From: an uncultured Acidimicrobiales bacterium
GTDB lineage: Bacteria > Actinomycetota > Acidimicrobiia > Acidimicrobiales > RAAP-2
Assembly (NCBI GenBank): GCA_963710495.1
Contig: CAVQAI010000012.1
Span: forward strand, 551,398 to 615,397
Length of the DNA: 64,000 nt
Direction: 5' to 3'
Part shown: piece by piece, positions 19,363 through 28,688 of the stretch
Numbering within the stretch: position 1 is the first letter of the stretch
How the letters are laid out: each line of letters starts with the position of its first letter
Notes under the pieces: model-generated
What the model was told of the DNA's origin: nothing
The model's input: the letters and a program-made list of their open reading frames with translations, nothing else
The model's database searches: none
Program-made: the position numbers and the translations under genes

Positions 19363-19384
19363 GCGCCAGGGGCTGGAACTCGGA

Positions 19385-20608
19385 CTAGCGGCCGCCGGTC
19401 TCCGTCGGGGTCAGCGAGGCGGCCTCCTCCGAGCCGGCGGCTACCGCCGCGTCGACCCGTTCGAGCAGTCGCACGCTGCAGCCGTCCATGGCCACCACCG
19501 GCGCGATGGTGGTGATGATCGACTCGGCGATGCCGTCGAACACCTCGGCCAGCGGATGGCCCTCTTCCAGGGCCACGGGCGCGCCGGCGTCCCCGCCGGC
19601 CGCCACCGATGGGTGGAGCGGGATCTGGCCGATGAGGGGGACACCGATCTCGCCGGCCAACCGCGCCCCGCCACCGGATCCGAACAGGGCGTAGGAGGTG
19701 CCGTGCTCGCAGACGAAGTCGCTCATGTTCTCGATGACCCCGGCCACCCGGAGGTAGCCCTTGCGGGCCATGTCGGCCGTCCGGGCCGCCACCTTCTGGG
19801 CCGCGACGGGGGGAGTCGTGACCACCACGACCTCGGTGCGCGGCAACATGCGGGCCAAGCCCATCTGGATGTCGCCGGTCCCGGGCGGCATGTCGATCAG
19901 GAGGTAGTCGAGGTCGCCCCAGTGGACGTCTTCCAGGAACTGCTGGACGGCCCGGTTGAGGATCAGCCCCCGCCACATGATGGCGTTGTCCTCGTCGGTG
20001 AGGAAGCCCATCGACAGGACCCGCAGCATCCCGTCCCCGACGCGGCGCTCGAGCGGGACCATCTTCTTGTCGCGGGCCATGATCTCGCCCTGGATGCCGA
20101 GGAGCCTGGGTATCGAGAACCCCCAGATGTCGGCATCCAACACCCCGATGGTCAGGCCTCGCCGGGCCATGGCCACCGCCAGGTTGACGGTCACCGAGCT
20201 CTTGCCCACGCCACCCTTGCCCGAGGCCACGGCGATCACCCGGGCGCGGTCGGGGATGTCGGTGGCCGGGGCCGGGTCCCGGGCCAGCAGACGGGCGCGG
20301 GCCATGACCGCCTTGCGCCGTTCGGCGTCCATCACCCCCGTGCGCACGGCTACCGCCGTCACGCCGGGCAGCCCGCCGACGTGGGTCCGGACGTCGTTCT
20401 GGATCTGGGTCCGGAGCGGGCATCCGGCCACCGTGAGGGCCACCTCGACGTCGACCGCCCCCTGGTCGTCGACCCGGACCTCGTTGACCATGCCCAGCTC
20501 GACGATGTCGGCCCCGAGCTCGGGGTCGACGACCCCGGCCAGTGCGGCGCGCACGTCTCCCTCGGTCGGGGGCGTTCCCGCCGACGCGGCGGGGTCGGAC
20601 CTGGTCAC
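19385..20608 (-). CDS. mrp: Mrp/NBP35 (ApbC) Fe-S cluster carrier ATPase with N-terminal DUF59/MIP18 domain
   Basis: VRAALAGVVDPELGADIVELGMV (DUF59), deviant Walker A ASGKGGVGKSSVTVNLA, and DYLLIDMPPGTGD. Confidence 0.9.
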   Translation of the reverse strand: MTRSDPAASAGTPPTEGDVRAALAGVVDPELGADIVELGMVNEVRVDDQGAVDVEVALTVAGCPLRTQIQNDVRTHVGGLPGVTAVAVRTGVMDAERRKAVMARARLLARDPAPATDIPDRARVIAVASGKGGVGKSSVTVNLAVAMARRGLTIGVLDADIWGFSIPRLLGIQGEIMARDKKMVPLERRVGDGMLRVLSMGFLTDEDNAIMWRGLILNRAVQQFLEDVHWGDLDYLLIDMPPGTGDIQMGLARMLPRTEVVVVTTPPVAAQKVAARTADMARKGYLRVAGVIENMSDFVCEHGTSYALFGSGGGARLAGEIGVPLIGQIPLHPSVAAGGDAGAPVALEEGHPLAEVFDGIAESIITTIAPVVAMDGCSVRLLERVDAAVAAGSEEAASLTPTETGGR

Positions 20609-20761
20609 GTCGGCAATTCTACCCGGGGGGTCCCCATCGCCACCCCGATGCCGGCTCGCCCGCGGCCGGACGCGGGTACAATTGGCGGAGACGCGCCGTC
20701 CCGGCCCTGTTCGGTCGGGCGTCGTTGCCGCCGTTCGAACCTGGTCCTCCGGAGGAACGCC

Positions 20762-21127
20762 ATGAGTGTCACCATGCAGACCGTCAGCATCGGCAAGCGG
20801 CCGAACCCGGTCACCCTGACCGATATCGCCGCCAGCAAGGTCGCCGAGCTACTGGCCGAAGAGGACGTGGACGGGCTGGCCCTGCGGGTGGCGGTGCGCC
20901 CCGGCGGGTGCTCGGGCTTCAGCTACGAGATGTTCTTCGACGCCGACCTGGCCGAGGACGACGTGGTCCGTGAGTTCGGCACGGTCAAGGTGGTGGTCGA
21001 TCCGGCCAGCGCCGACCTCCTCAAGGGCTCGACCCTGGACTACAGCGACGGGTTGCAGGGCGCCGGCTTCCACGTCACCAACCCCAACGCCACCCGCACC
21101 TGTGGCTGCGGCTCCTCCTTCAGCTGA
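20762..21127 (+). CDS. erpA: iron-sulfur cluster insertion protein (ErpA/IscA/HesB family)
   Basis: This is the last 366 nt of the spurious long ORF 19247..21127. LRVAVRPGGCSGFSYEMFFD and the C-terminal CGCGSSFS signature. Confidence 0.9.
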   Translation: MSVTMQTVSIGKRPNPVTLTDIAASKVAELLAEEDVDGLALRVAVRPGGCSGFSYEMFFDADLAEDDVVREFGTVKVVVDPASADLLKGSTLDYSDGLQGAGFHVTNPNATRTCGCGSSFS

Positions 21128-21139
21128 GCCGCTGATCCC

Positions 21140-22810
21140 CTGATCCGGCTCCGGGTCGACGGCGCCGACGTCGAGGTCGTCGACGACGGGTCCTCACTGC
21201 TCGAGGTCCTGCGCGAGCAGCTCGGGATCCGCTCGGCCAAGGACGGGTGCAGCCCCCAGGGCCAGTGCGGGTGCTGCACGGTGTGGGTCGACGGTGCTCC
21301 CCGCGTGGCCTGTGTCACGCCGGTCCGACGACTCGACGGGCGGCACGTGACCACGCTCGAGGGCTTGCCCTCTGAGATTCGGGACGGTTGGGCCGGGGCG
21401 CTGTCCGACAGTGGTGGCAGCCAATGCGGGTTCTGCACCCCGGGGATCGTGATGCGACTGGCCGGCCTCGAGCCGGGGGCGGCCGACGAGCGGGTCGACC
21501 GGGCCCTCGTCGCCCACCTCTGCCGGTGCACCGGCTGGCAGACCATCGGTGAAGCGGCGCACCGCGTCCTCGGGGGTGGTGGCCCCGCACCGGACACGAC
21601 CGGCCCGGCGACCGGCCAAGCGCCGGCCCGTGATCTCGGAGCAGCCGCCCGGCGAGCCGCCTTGGAGGGTGGCGCCGTCCAGCTGGTCGGGCCGGCGGTC
21701 GTGCTCGGACGGGCCGGGTTCGCCGACGACACCAGCCCGGCGGGCGCCCTGGTGGCGGTGCCCGACCGGTCGGGAGGGTACGCGGTGGCCGAGTCCCTCA
21801 GGGCCGCACGGGCCCTCGCCGGCAAGGTCCAGGGGAGGAGCAGCGGGCTCCCCCTGCTGTACCCGCTCGAGGTGCCGCCCGGGCCCTGGGACCTGATCCT
21901 CCGGACCAGCTACGTCGAGCCGGCCTACCTCGAGCCCGACGCCTCGTGGTGTGAGCCCGGCGGGGACCCGGTGTCGCCGTGCGCCAACGGGGGCGCATTC
22001 GGGGGGAAGGTGTGCTCCCCGGTGGCCGCCGATGCCCGCCGGTTGGCCGACGAATACGGCCGGCCGGTCCGGGTCGTCTGGTCCCGGGAGGACGCGGTGA
22101 GGCGCGGGCCCAAGCGTCCGCCCGTGGCCGGCGGCATCGACCGCGCCGGCTCCGGCGTGCTGCGGGTGGCCGTCCCTCCCGGCGGCCCGGCCCGGAAGGC
22201 CTGGGCCGTGGTCGAGGAGGCGGTGGCCACGGTGGCCCCGGGCATCACCCTCGAGCCGGTCCCGGTGGGCGGCCCGGCCCTCTCCTTCGACCTGCGGGGC
22301 GCGGTCTGGGCCGAAGCGGCGGTCCTCGCCACCTGTGCGACGCTGACCCCCGCCGGCACCGGCGAGGCACGGCCGGTCACCGACCGGGCCGTGGCCGTCG
22401 ACACTCCGGGGGGTGGGTCGGCCGAGGCCCGACTGACCTCGGGCGGCTCGATCGACGTGACCGTCGAGGCCGGCCCCGCCCTCGACGAGGTCGTGCTGCG
22501 CTCGTACTGCATCGGGGCCGCCCACCAGGCTCTCGGTTGGGTCTTGTCGGAGGGGATCGCCGTGGACCCGGGTGGGGAGATCCGGGACCTCACCCTCCGG
22601 TCGTTCGGCATCCTCGACGCCCGGGCCATGCCGCCCGTCACGGTGCGGACCCAGTCGGGAGGGGGGGACGGCCCGCCGGTCAACGGCTCCGATGCGGTGT
22701 TCGCCGCGGTGGCCGCCGCCGCCTGGTTGGGCGAGGGGCTCCCTGAGCGGTGGCCGACCCGGCGCGGGGAGCCGGGCGGGCCCGCCGCCGGAGCGGGACC
22801 ACCCCCGTAG
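21140..22810 (+). CDS. [2Fe-2S]-binding small-subunit domains fused to a truncated xanthine dehydrogenase/CO dehydrogenase-type molybdopterin-subunit-like domain
   Basis: GCSPQGQCGCCTV, SQCGFCTPG and CRCTGW motifs. Downstream YLEPDA...ANGGAFGGK...GRPVRVVWSRED resembles the Mo-subunit core. The 5' end is set at CTG 21140 because the first canonical start (GTG 21281) lies after three Cys ligands. The start is uncertain. Confidence 0.65.
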   Translation: MIRLRVDGADVEVVDDGSSLLEVLREQLGIRSAKDGCSPQGQCGCCTVWVDGAPRVACVTPVRRLDGRHVTTLEGLPSEIRDGWAGALSDSGGSQCGFCTPGIVMRLAGLEPGAADERVDRALVAHLCRCTGWQTIGEAAHRVLGGGGPAPDTTGPATGQAPARDLGAAARRAALEGGAVQLVGPAVVLGRAGFADDTSPAGALVAVPDRSGGYAVAESLRAARALAGKVQGRSSGLPLLYPLEVPPGPWDLILRTSYVEPAYLEPDASWCEPGGDPVSPCANGGAFGGKVCSPVAADARRLADEYGRPVRVVWSREDAVRRGPKRPPVAGGIDRAGSGVLRVAVPPGGPARKAWAVVEEAVATVAPGITLEPVPVGGPALSFDLRGAVWAEAAVLATCATLTPAGTGEARPVTDRAVAVDTPGGGSAEARLTSGGSIDVTVEAGPALDEVVLRSYCIGAAHQALGWVLSEGIAVDPGGEIRDLTLRSFGILDARAMPPVTVRTQSGGGDGPPVNGSDAVFAAVAAAAWLGEGLPERWPTRRGEPGGPAAGAGPPP

Positions 22811-22852
22811 GCTGACCGTCGACCCGCCCGCCCGTCGCCCGGAGGAGCCTCG

Positions 22853-23233
22853 ATGAGCACGCCCGTCGGTCCCTACAGCCCCATCGTCTCGGCCGGCCCG
22901 TGGCTGATCTGCTCGGGCCAGTTGGGCCTGGTGGCGGCCGGGCCCCCGGGCGGGCCGCCCGAGGCACCGGCCCTGGTCACCGGCGGAGCGGTGGCCGAGC
23001 TGGCCCAGGCCCTGGCCAACGGGGCGCGACTGCTCGCCGGGGCGGGGGCGTCGCCCGACGACGTGGTGAAGACCACCGTCTTCGTGACCGACATGGGCGG
23101 CTACGGCGCGCTGAACGAGACCTACGCCGGCTTCTTCGGTGCCCACCGGCCCGCCCGTTCGGTGGTCGGCGTCGCCGCCCTGCCCATGGGGGCGGCCGTC
23201 GAGGTCGAGCTCTGGGCCTATCGGGACCGCTGA
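22853..23233 (+). CDS. ridA: RidA/YjgF family protein
   Basis: GPYSPIV...LICSGQLG...VVKTTVFVTDMG...ARSVVGVAALPMGAAVEVE. Confidence 0.85.
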   Translation: MSTPVGPYSPIVSAGPWLICSGQLGLVAAGPPGGPPEAPALVTGGAVAELAQALANGARLLAGAGASPDDVVKTTVFVTDMGGYGALNETYAGFFGAHRPARSVVGVAALPMGAAVEVELWAYRDR

Positions 23234-23291
23234 CCTTCGGCCCAGATGGCAGGACCGGGCAGGGCGGGGCAGCTCGGGCCGGGCGGGCCGG

Positions 23292-23972
23292 TCAGGGCAT
23301 CCAGGTGGTCTGGCCGAAGCGGTAGCCGACCGAGCGCACCGTCTGGATCAGGTGGGCGTGCTCCTCGCCGAGCTTGGCCCGCAACCGTCGGACGTGGACG
23401 TCGACCGTGCGGGCCCCGCCGTAGTACTCGTAGCCCCAGACCCGACTGAGCAGGGTCTCGCGGGTGAACACCTTGCCCGGCCGGGCGGCCAGGAAGCGCA
23501 GGAGCTCGTACTCCATGTAGGTCAGGTCAAGGACGCGCCCGGCCACCGCCGCCTGGTAGGTCTCGAGGTTGAGCACCAGGGGGCCGTGCTCGAGCAGGTC
23601 GGGGCGCAAGCCCCGCCCGGCCCGCCAGAACAGGTGGGCCAGCCGGGCGGTGAGCTCCTCGGGGTGGACCGGTTCCAGGCAGAGGTCGTCGAAGAGGTCC
23701 TCACGCAGCTCGAGCTCGCCGAGCTGCTCGGTCGGGACGATGACGACGACGGGGGCAAGCGGCACGTCCCGCTTGCGCAGGTGCCGGCAGAGCAGGAAGG
23801 CGCCGACGGGGTCAGTGCCACTCGAGATCACCGCCCCCGACCAACCGTCCTCGGGCTCCTCCGAGTCGGCGGCATCGGGCGTGTCGACGCCGCGCCAGGG
23901 GTAGCCCGCCCGGTCCAGCACGGCGGTCACCGAGCCCGGCGGGATGCCGGGGAAACACAGCAATGGTTCCAC
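23292..23972 (-). CDS. OmpR/PhoB-type winged-helix regulator with degenerate (pseudo-)receiver domain; GlnR/GlnRII-like by context
   Basis: C-terminal LTYMEYELLRFLAARPGKVFTRETLLSRVWGYEYYGGARTVDVHVRRLRAKLG...IQTVRSVGYRF. The N-terminal half lacks the acidic pocket, the phospho-Asp and the conserved Lys. Confidence 0.8.
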   Translation of the reverse strand: MEPLLCFPGIPPGSVTAVLDRAGYPWRGVDTPDAADSEEPEDGWSGAVISSGTDPVGAFLLCRHLRKRDVPLAPVVVIVPTEQLGELELREDLFDDLCLEPVHPEELTARLAHLFWRAGRGLRPDLLEHGPLVLNLETYQAAVAGRVLDLTYMEYELLRFLAARPGKVFTRETLLSRVWGYEYYGGARTVDVHVRRLRAKLGEEHAHLIQTVRSVGYRFGQTTWMP

Positions 23973-24033
23973 GGCTGGACTCTCCCCTTCCTGTCGGTGC
24001 CGGTTCGTGGTGCCCGAGGCGTCCGGGTGCCGG

Positions 24034-25410
24034 TTACAGCAGTGGCAGGTACCGGTTCAGCTCGAACTGGGTCACGTGGGATTTGTACTCGGCCCATTCC
24101 GCACGCTTGTTGCGGATGAACCACTCGAAGACGTGCTCACCGAGGGTGGTGGCCAGGAGCTCCGAGGACTCCATGAGCCCGAGGGCCTCGTTGAGGCTGC
24201 CGGGCAGGTGGAGGATGCCCTTGTTGGCCAGTTCCTCGGCGCTGAGGGTGAACAGGTTGGCGTCCGCCTCCGGGGGGAGGTCGTACCCGTGCTCGATGCC
24301 GGCCAGGCCGGCGGCCAGAATGACGGCGAAGGCCAGGTACGGGTTGCAGGCGCTGTCGGGGGAGCGGAACTCCACCCTGGTCGAGTCGACCTTGCCCGGC
24401 TTGACCACCGGCACCCGGACCAGGGCCGAGCGGTTGTTGCGGGCCCACGAGACGTGGATGGGCGCCTCGTACCCGTCGACCAGGCGCTTGTAGGAATTGA
24501 CCCACTGGTTGGTCAGGGCGGTGATCTCCGGGGCGTGGCGCAGCAACCCGGCGATGAACCCCTCGGCCACCTCGGAGAGGCCGCCGGGCCGGTCCAGGTC
24601 GACGAACGCATTGGTGTTGCCCCGGAACAGTGACATGTGGGTGTGCATGCCCGAGCCTTGGACGCCGGCCACCGGCTTGGGCATGAAGCTGGCGAACACG
24701 CCTTGCTGGCGGGCCATCTCCTTGACCACCAGGCGCACCGTCATGACGGTGTCGGCCATGGTCAGGGCGTCGGTGTAGCGCAGGTCGATCTCGTGCTGGC
24801 TCGGCGCGTCTTCGTGCTGGGCGTGCTCGACGGGGATGCCCATCTCCTCGAGGGTCAGCACCGTCCGCTGCCGGATGTCGCTGGCCCGGTCGGCCACCGT
24901 CAACTCGAAGTAGGAGCCGCTGTCGAGCCCCGCCGGCGGGCGCGTCGGGTCGGCGTCGGCGAAGTAGAAGTACTCGATCTCCGGGGCGGCGAAGAAGGTG
25001 AACCCGAGGGCGTGGGCCCGGTCGAGCGCCCGGCGCAGCACGTGGCGGGGATCGCCCTGGAACGGGGAGCCGTCGATGTCGACGATGTCACAGAACACCC
25101 GGGCCACTTGGGCCACGTGTCCCTCCGAGGCGCCGCCGGCCGGGCCCGCCGTCCCCCCGTGGCCGTGCCACGGCAGCAGTTGGAAGGTGTGGGCGTCGGG
25201 CCGGGCCAGCACGTCGCTCTCCTGGACCCGGCTGAACCCGTCGATGGCCGAGCCGTCGAAGGTCATCCCCTCGTCGAGGGCGTTCTCCAGCTCGGCCGGG
25301 GTGATGCTGAAACTCTTGGGCGTACCCAGGACGTCGGTGAACCACAGCTGGACGAACCGGATGCCGCGCTCCTCCACCGTCCGGAGGACGTACTCCTCCT
25401 GGCTCCTCAT
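24034..25410 (-). CDS. glnA: glutamine synthetase type I (GlnA2-like)
   Basis: ORF 24034..25524 trimmed to the ATG at 25410 (MRSQEEYVLRTVEERGIRFVQLWFTDVLG). FDGSAIDGF, KPVAGVQGSGMHTHMSL and NSYKRL motifs. Confidence 0.92.
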   Translation of the reverse strand: MRSQEEYVLRTVEERGIRFVQLWFTDVLGTPKSFSITPAELENALDEGMTFDGSAIDGFSRVQESDVLARPDAHTFQLLPWHGHGGTAGPAGGASEGHVAQVARVFCDIVDIDGSPFQGDPRHVLRRALDRAHALGFTFFAAPEIEYFYFADADPTRPPAGLDSGSYFELTVADRASDIRQRTVLTLEEMGIPVEHAQHEDAPSQHEIDLRYTDALTMADTVMTVRLVVKEMARQQGVFASFMPKPVAGVQGSGMHTHMSLFRGNTNAFVDLDRPGGLSEVAEGFIAGLLRHAPEITALTNQWVNSYKRLVDGYEAPIHVSWARNNRSALVRVPVVKPGKVDSTRVEFRSPDSACNPYLAFAVILAAGLAGIEHGYDLPPEADANLFTLSAEELANKGILHLPGSLNEALGLMESSELLATTLGEHVFEWFIRNKRAEWAEYKSHVTQFELNRYLPLL

Positions 25411-25608
25411 GGGGTCCGGCACCTCGGGGATCGGGGCGGCCGCGGCGAAGGGGTCTTCGGGTCCGATGGCGCCATTGTCGCAGGCCGGCGAAGACCCGGT
25501 CGACCCCGGACCGCGCCACGACACCGGCCGCGGCCCGGGCTCACCTCGGGCCCGGGCCGCGGCGGATCCGGACCCGGGCGGCGCCGGGCTCCGGCGCGGG
25601 CTGCTCGC

Positions 25609-26619
25609 TCAGCTATTGGCGGCGTTGCCGCACACCGTTTCGACGAGGACGGCGGTCACCTGGTACGGGTCCATGTTGGCATTGGGCCGGCGGTCCTCGA
25701 GCCAGCCCTTCTTGGCCTTGGCCACGGCCCACGGGATGCGGATGGAGGCCCCCCGGTCCGAGGTGCCGTACGTGAACTTGGTGTAGTGGGCCGTCTCGTG
25801 GGCGCCGGTCAACCGGCTCTCGATCCCGATCCCGTAGACGGCGATGTGCTCGTCCACTCGCTTCCCGATGGCCTCGCAGGCGGCGATGATCGCGTCCCAG
25901 CCACCTTCCTCGCGCATGGCCTTGGTCGAGAAGTTGGTGTGGGCCCCGGCACCGTTCCAGTCACCCAGGATGGGCTTGGGCTCGAGCGTGGCGTAGACGT
26001 CGAAGTCCTCGGCGATGCGGAAGAGGAGCCAGCGCGCCACCCACAGCTGGTCGGCGATCCCGAGCGGCGGGAGCACGCCGACTTGGAACTCCCACTGGCC
26101 CATCATCACCTCGGCGTTGGTGCCCTCGATGGCGATGCCGGCGTCGATACAGGCCGCGGTGTGCAGCTCCACGATCTCGCGGCCGGGCATCTTGTCGCCG
26201 CCCACACCGCAGTAATAGGGCCCCTGGGGGGCGGGGTAGCCGGCGCTGGGCCAGCCGAGGGGACGGCCGTCCTTGAAGAAGGTGTACTCCTGCTCGATGC
26301 CGAAGAGCGGCTCCTGGTCGGCGTAGGTCTCGACCATGGCCCGCAGATGGGCCCGGGTGTTGGTCGGGTGGGGGGAGAAGTCGGTGAGCTCGACCTCGCA
26401 CATCACCAGCTTGTCGTCGGGCCCGCGCAGGGGGTCCGGACAGGTGAAGACGGGACGGAGCACGCAGTCGGAATCGTGTCCGAGAGCCTGGTTGGTGCTC
26501 GACCCGTCGAAGCCCCAGATGCCAGGCTCCTGGCCGTCGGCGACGATCTTGGTCTTGCTCCGCAGCAACGGAGAAGGTTCGGTCCCGTCGATCCAGATGT
26601 ACTCAGCTTGATAAGGCAC
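25609..26619 (-). CDS. glnII: glutamine synthetase type II (eukaryote-like GSII)
   Basis: ORF 25609..26856 trimmed to the GTG at 26619, preceded by GAGGAG plus 5 nt. YQAEYIWIDGTEPSPLLRSKTK, GFDGSSTNQA, EQEYTFF, NGAGAHTNFS. 336 aa. Confidence 0.9.
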   Translation of the reverse strand: MPYQAEYIWIDGTEPSPLLRSKTKIVADGQEPGIWGFDGSSTNQALGHDSDCVLRPVFTCPDPLRGPDDKLVMCEVELTDFSPHPTNTRAHLRAMVETYADQEPLFGIEQEYTFFKDGRPLGWPSAGYPAPQGPYYCGVGGDKMPGREIVELHTAACIDAGIAIEGTNAEVMMGQWEFQVGVLPPLGIADQLWVARWLLFRIAEDFDVYATLEPKPILGDWNGAGAHTNFSTKAMREEGGWDAIIAACEAIGKRVDEHIAVYGIGIESRLTGAHETAHYTKFTYGTSDRGASIRIPWAVAKAKKGWLEDRRPNANMDPYQVTAVLVETVCGNAANS

Positions 26620-26891
26620 GTGCGCTCCTCGCTCGTCAATGTGGTGCTGCCCCACGTGGGCGTTCCCCTGTGGCACCAGGCTCTTGCTCCAGGGGATCGT
26701 GCCACCGTCGCGCCGGCGGCACCCGTCAACACGGGACGCCCCAGTATCGCAGCAAGCCGTTTCCCGTCCATTTCCCGACTGTGAACGGTGGATGAACAGC
26801 CCCGTCCGTGCGCCGTCTGCCCGCCGGCGCGGGCCCGCCCGGCCCACGTTCGTCACGAAAGGCCAGGCCGCGGGGCCGGTAGGCTGGGCCC

Positions 26892-28688
26892 ATGGGTCGC
26901 GTGCGAGTGGCCGCCTGCCAGATCAACACCGTGGTCGGCGACCTCTGGGGGAATGCCCGGCGGGTGCGCGCCGCCCTGGAGGAGGCCGAGGGGTCCGGGG
27001 CCGACCTCGCCGTCTTCCCGGAGCTGACCGTCACCGGGTACCCACCCGAGGACCTGCTCGGCCGGCCTTCCTTCGTCGCCGACAACCAGGTCGTCCTGCT
27101 CGAGATCGCCGCCACCACCGGTCGCTGCGCCGCGGTGGTCGGCTTCGTGGACGTCGACCACCGTGGCCGGTTGGTGAACGCCGCCGCCGTGTGTGCCGGC
27201 GGCCGGGTGGTCGGCCGGTACCACAAACGCCTGCTTCCCAACTACGGGGTCTTCGACGAGCAGCGTTGGTTCAGCCCCGGCGAGGGCCCGCCCGATCGGT
27301 ACCCGGTGGCCGGCGCGTCGGTCGGGGTCACCATCTGTGAGGACATGTGGTTCGCCGGCGGGCCCATGGCCGACCAGGCCGCGGCCGGGGCTGAACTGCT
27401 GGTCAACCTCAATGCCTCGCCCTACTCCCGCGGTCGCCGGCAGGAGCGGCTGGCCGTGCTCTCCGAGCGGGTCGCCGAGACGGGCCGGCCCATCGTCTAC
27501 GTGAACCAGGTCGGCGGCCAGGACGAGCTGGTGTTCGACGGCGCGTCGCTCGTCATCGACCAACACGGCGACGTTGTCGCCTCCGCACCACAGTTCGCCG
27601 AGTCGGTACTGGTGGCCGACATCACCACCGGGGCGGCCGCAGCCGACGGGCCCGACCGGCAACCACCCGACCGGGGTTCGCCGGCGGCAGCGGTCAGCCG
27701 GAGCACCCCGGCCCCGGCGCCGACGCCCACACCGGGGCCAGTCGGGTCGGCGCCCGTCCTCGAACCCGACGCCGAGGTCTACGAGGCGCTCGTCCTCGGA
27801 ACGCGCGACTACGTGGCGAAGAACGAATTCCCGGGAGCGGTGATCGGGCTGTCGGGGGGTATCGACTCGTCGCTGGTGGCGGCCATCGCGGTCGACGCCC
27901 TCGGGCCCGACCGGGTCCACGGGGTGACCATGCCCTCGCGGTACTCGAGCGAGGGCTCCGTGGCCGACGCGGTGGCGCTCTCGGCCAACCTCGGCATCAG
28001 CGTCGCCACCGTGCCCATCGAGCAGGCCCATCGGGCCCTGGCCACCACGCTGGCGCCGCTCCTCGGGGGTGACCCGGTCGGGCTGACCGATGAGAACCTC
28101 CAGTCGCGCGTGCGGGGGGTGCTGCTCATGGCGGTCTCCAACGCCAAGGGCTGGATCGTGCTGACCACCGGCAACAAGAGCGAGATGGCCACGGGCTATT
28201 CGACGCTGTACGGCGACTCGGCCGGTGGGTTCGCTGTGATCAAGGATGTCCCGAAGACGCTCGTCTACGAGCTGTGCCGGTATCGCAACCGCGTGGCCGG
28301 CTTCGACCTGATCCCCGACCCGGTGCTCACCAAGGCGCCCTCGGCCGAGCTGCGTCCGGACCAACGAGACGACGAATCGCTGCCCCCCTACGGGGTCCTC
28401 GACCCGGTGGTCGACGGCTACGTGGTGGGGGACCGGTCGGCCGAGGAGCTCGTGGCCGAGGGGTTCGATGCCGAGGCGGTGGCCCGGGTCGTGGCCTTGG
28501 TCGACCGGGCCGAGTACAAGCGCCGTCAGATGCCCCCGGGGGTGCGCATCTCGGGGAAGGCCTTCGGCAAGGATCGTCGGATGCCCATCACCAACCACTA
28601 CCGATCGGGTGGTGCGCCACCGCCCTCGGACGAGAAAGCCGCGGTACGGGGGGAGCAGGCCAGCGGGGAGGCACCCGCCGTTGTCTGA
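26892..28688 (+). CDS. nadE: glutamine-dependent NAD(+) synthetase
   Basis: N-terminal CN-hydrolase domain (RVAACQINTVVGD...ICEDMW) and a C-terminal PP-loop synthetase (GLSGGIDSS). Confidence 0.93.
   Translation: MGRVRVAACQINTVVGDLWGNARRVRAALEEAEGSGADLAVFPELTVTGYPPEDLLGRPSFVADNQVVLLEIAATTGRCAAVVGFVDVDHRGRLVNAAAVCAGGRVVGRYHKRLLPNYGVFDEQRWFSPGEGPPDRYPVAGASVGVTICEDMWFAGGPMADQAAAGAELLVNLNASPYSRGRRQERLAVLSERVAETGRPIVYVNQVGGQDELVFDGASLVIDQHGDVVASAPQFAESVLVADITTGAAAADGPDRQPPDRGSPAAAVSRSTPAPAPTPTPGPVGSAPVLEPDAEVYEALVLGTRDYVAKNEFPGAVIGLSGGIDSSLVAAIAVDALGPDRVHGVTMPSRYSSEGSVADAVALSANLGISVATVPIEQAHRALATTLAPLLGGDPVGLTDENLQSRVRGVLLMAVSNAKGWIVLTTGNKSEMATGYSTLYGDSAGGFAVIKDVPKTLVYELCRYRNRVAGFDLIPDPVLTKAPSAELRPDQRDDESLPPYGVLDPVVDGYVVGDRSAEELVAEGFDAEAVARVVALVDRAEYKRRQMPPGVRISGKAFGKDRRMPITNHYRSGGAPPPSDEKAAVRGEQASGEAPAVV

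Noticed and set aside
19247-21127. 626-aa + strand ORF spanning the mrp locus
   Set aside because: This is a shadow frame antisense to the well-supported Mrp/ApbC gene. The translation is Arg/Gly/Pro/His-rich nonsense except for the last 121 aa, which form the genuine ErpA gene (20762..21127).
27590-27760. Pro/Thr/Ala-rich insertion between the two NadE domains
   Set aside because: A variable linker at this position exists in other actinobacterial glutamine-dependent NAD synthetases (as I recall for M. tuberculosis NadE), so it is not unusual.
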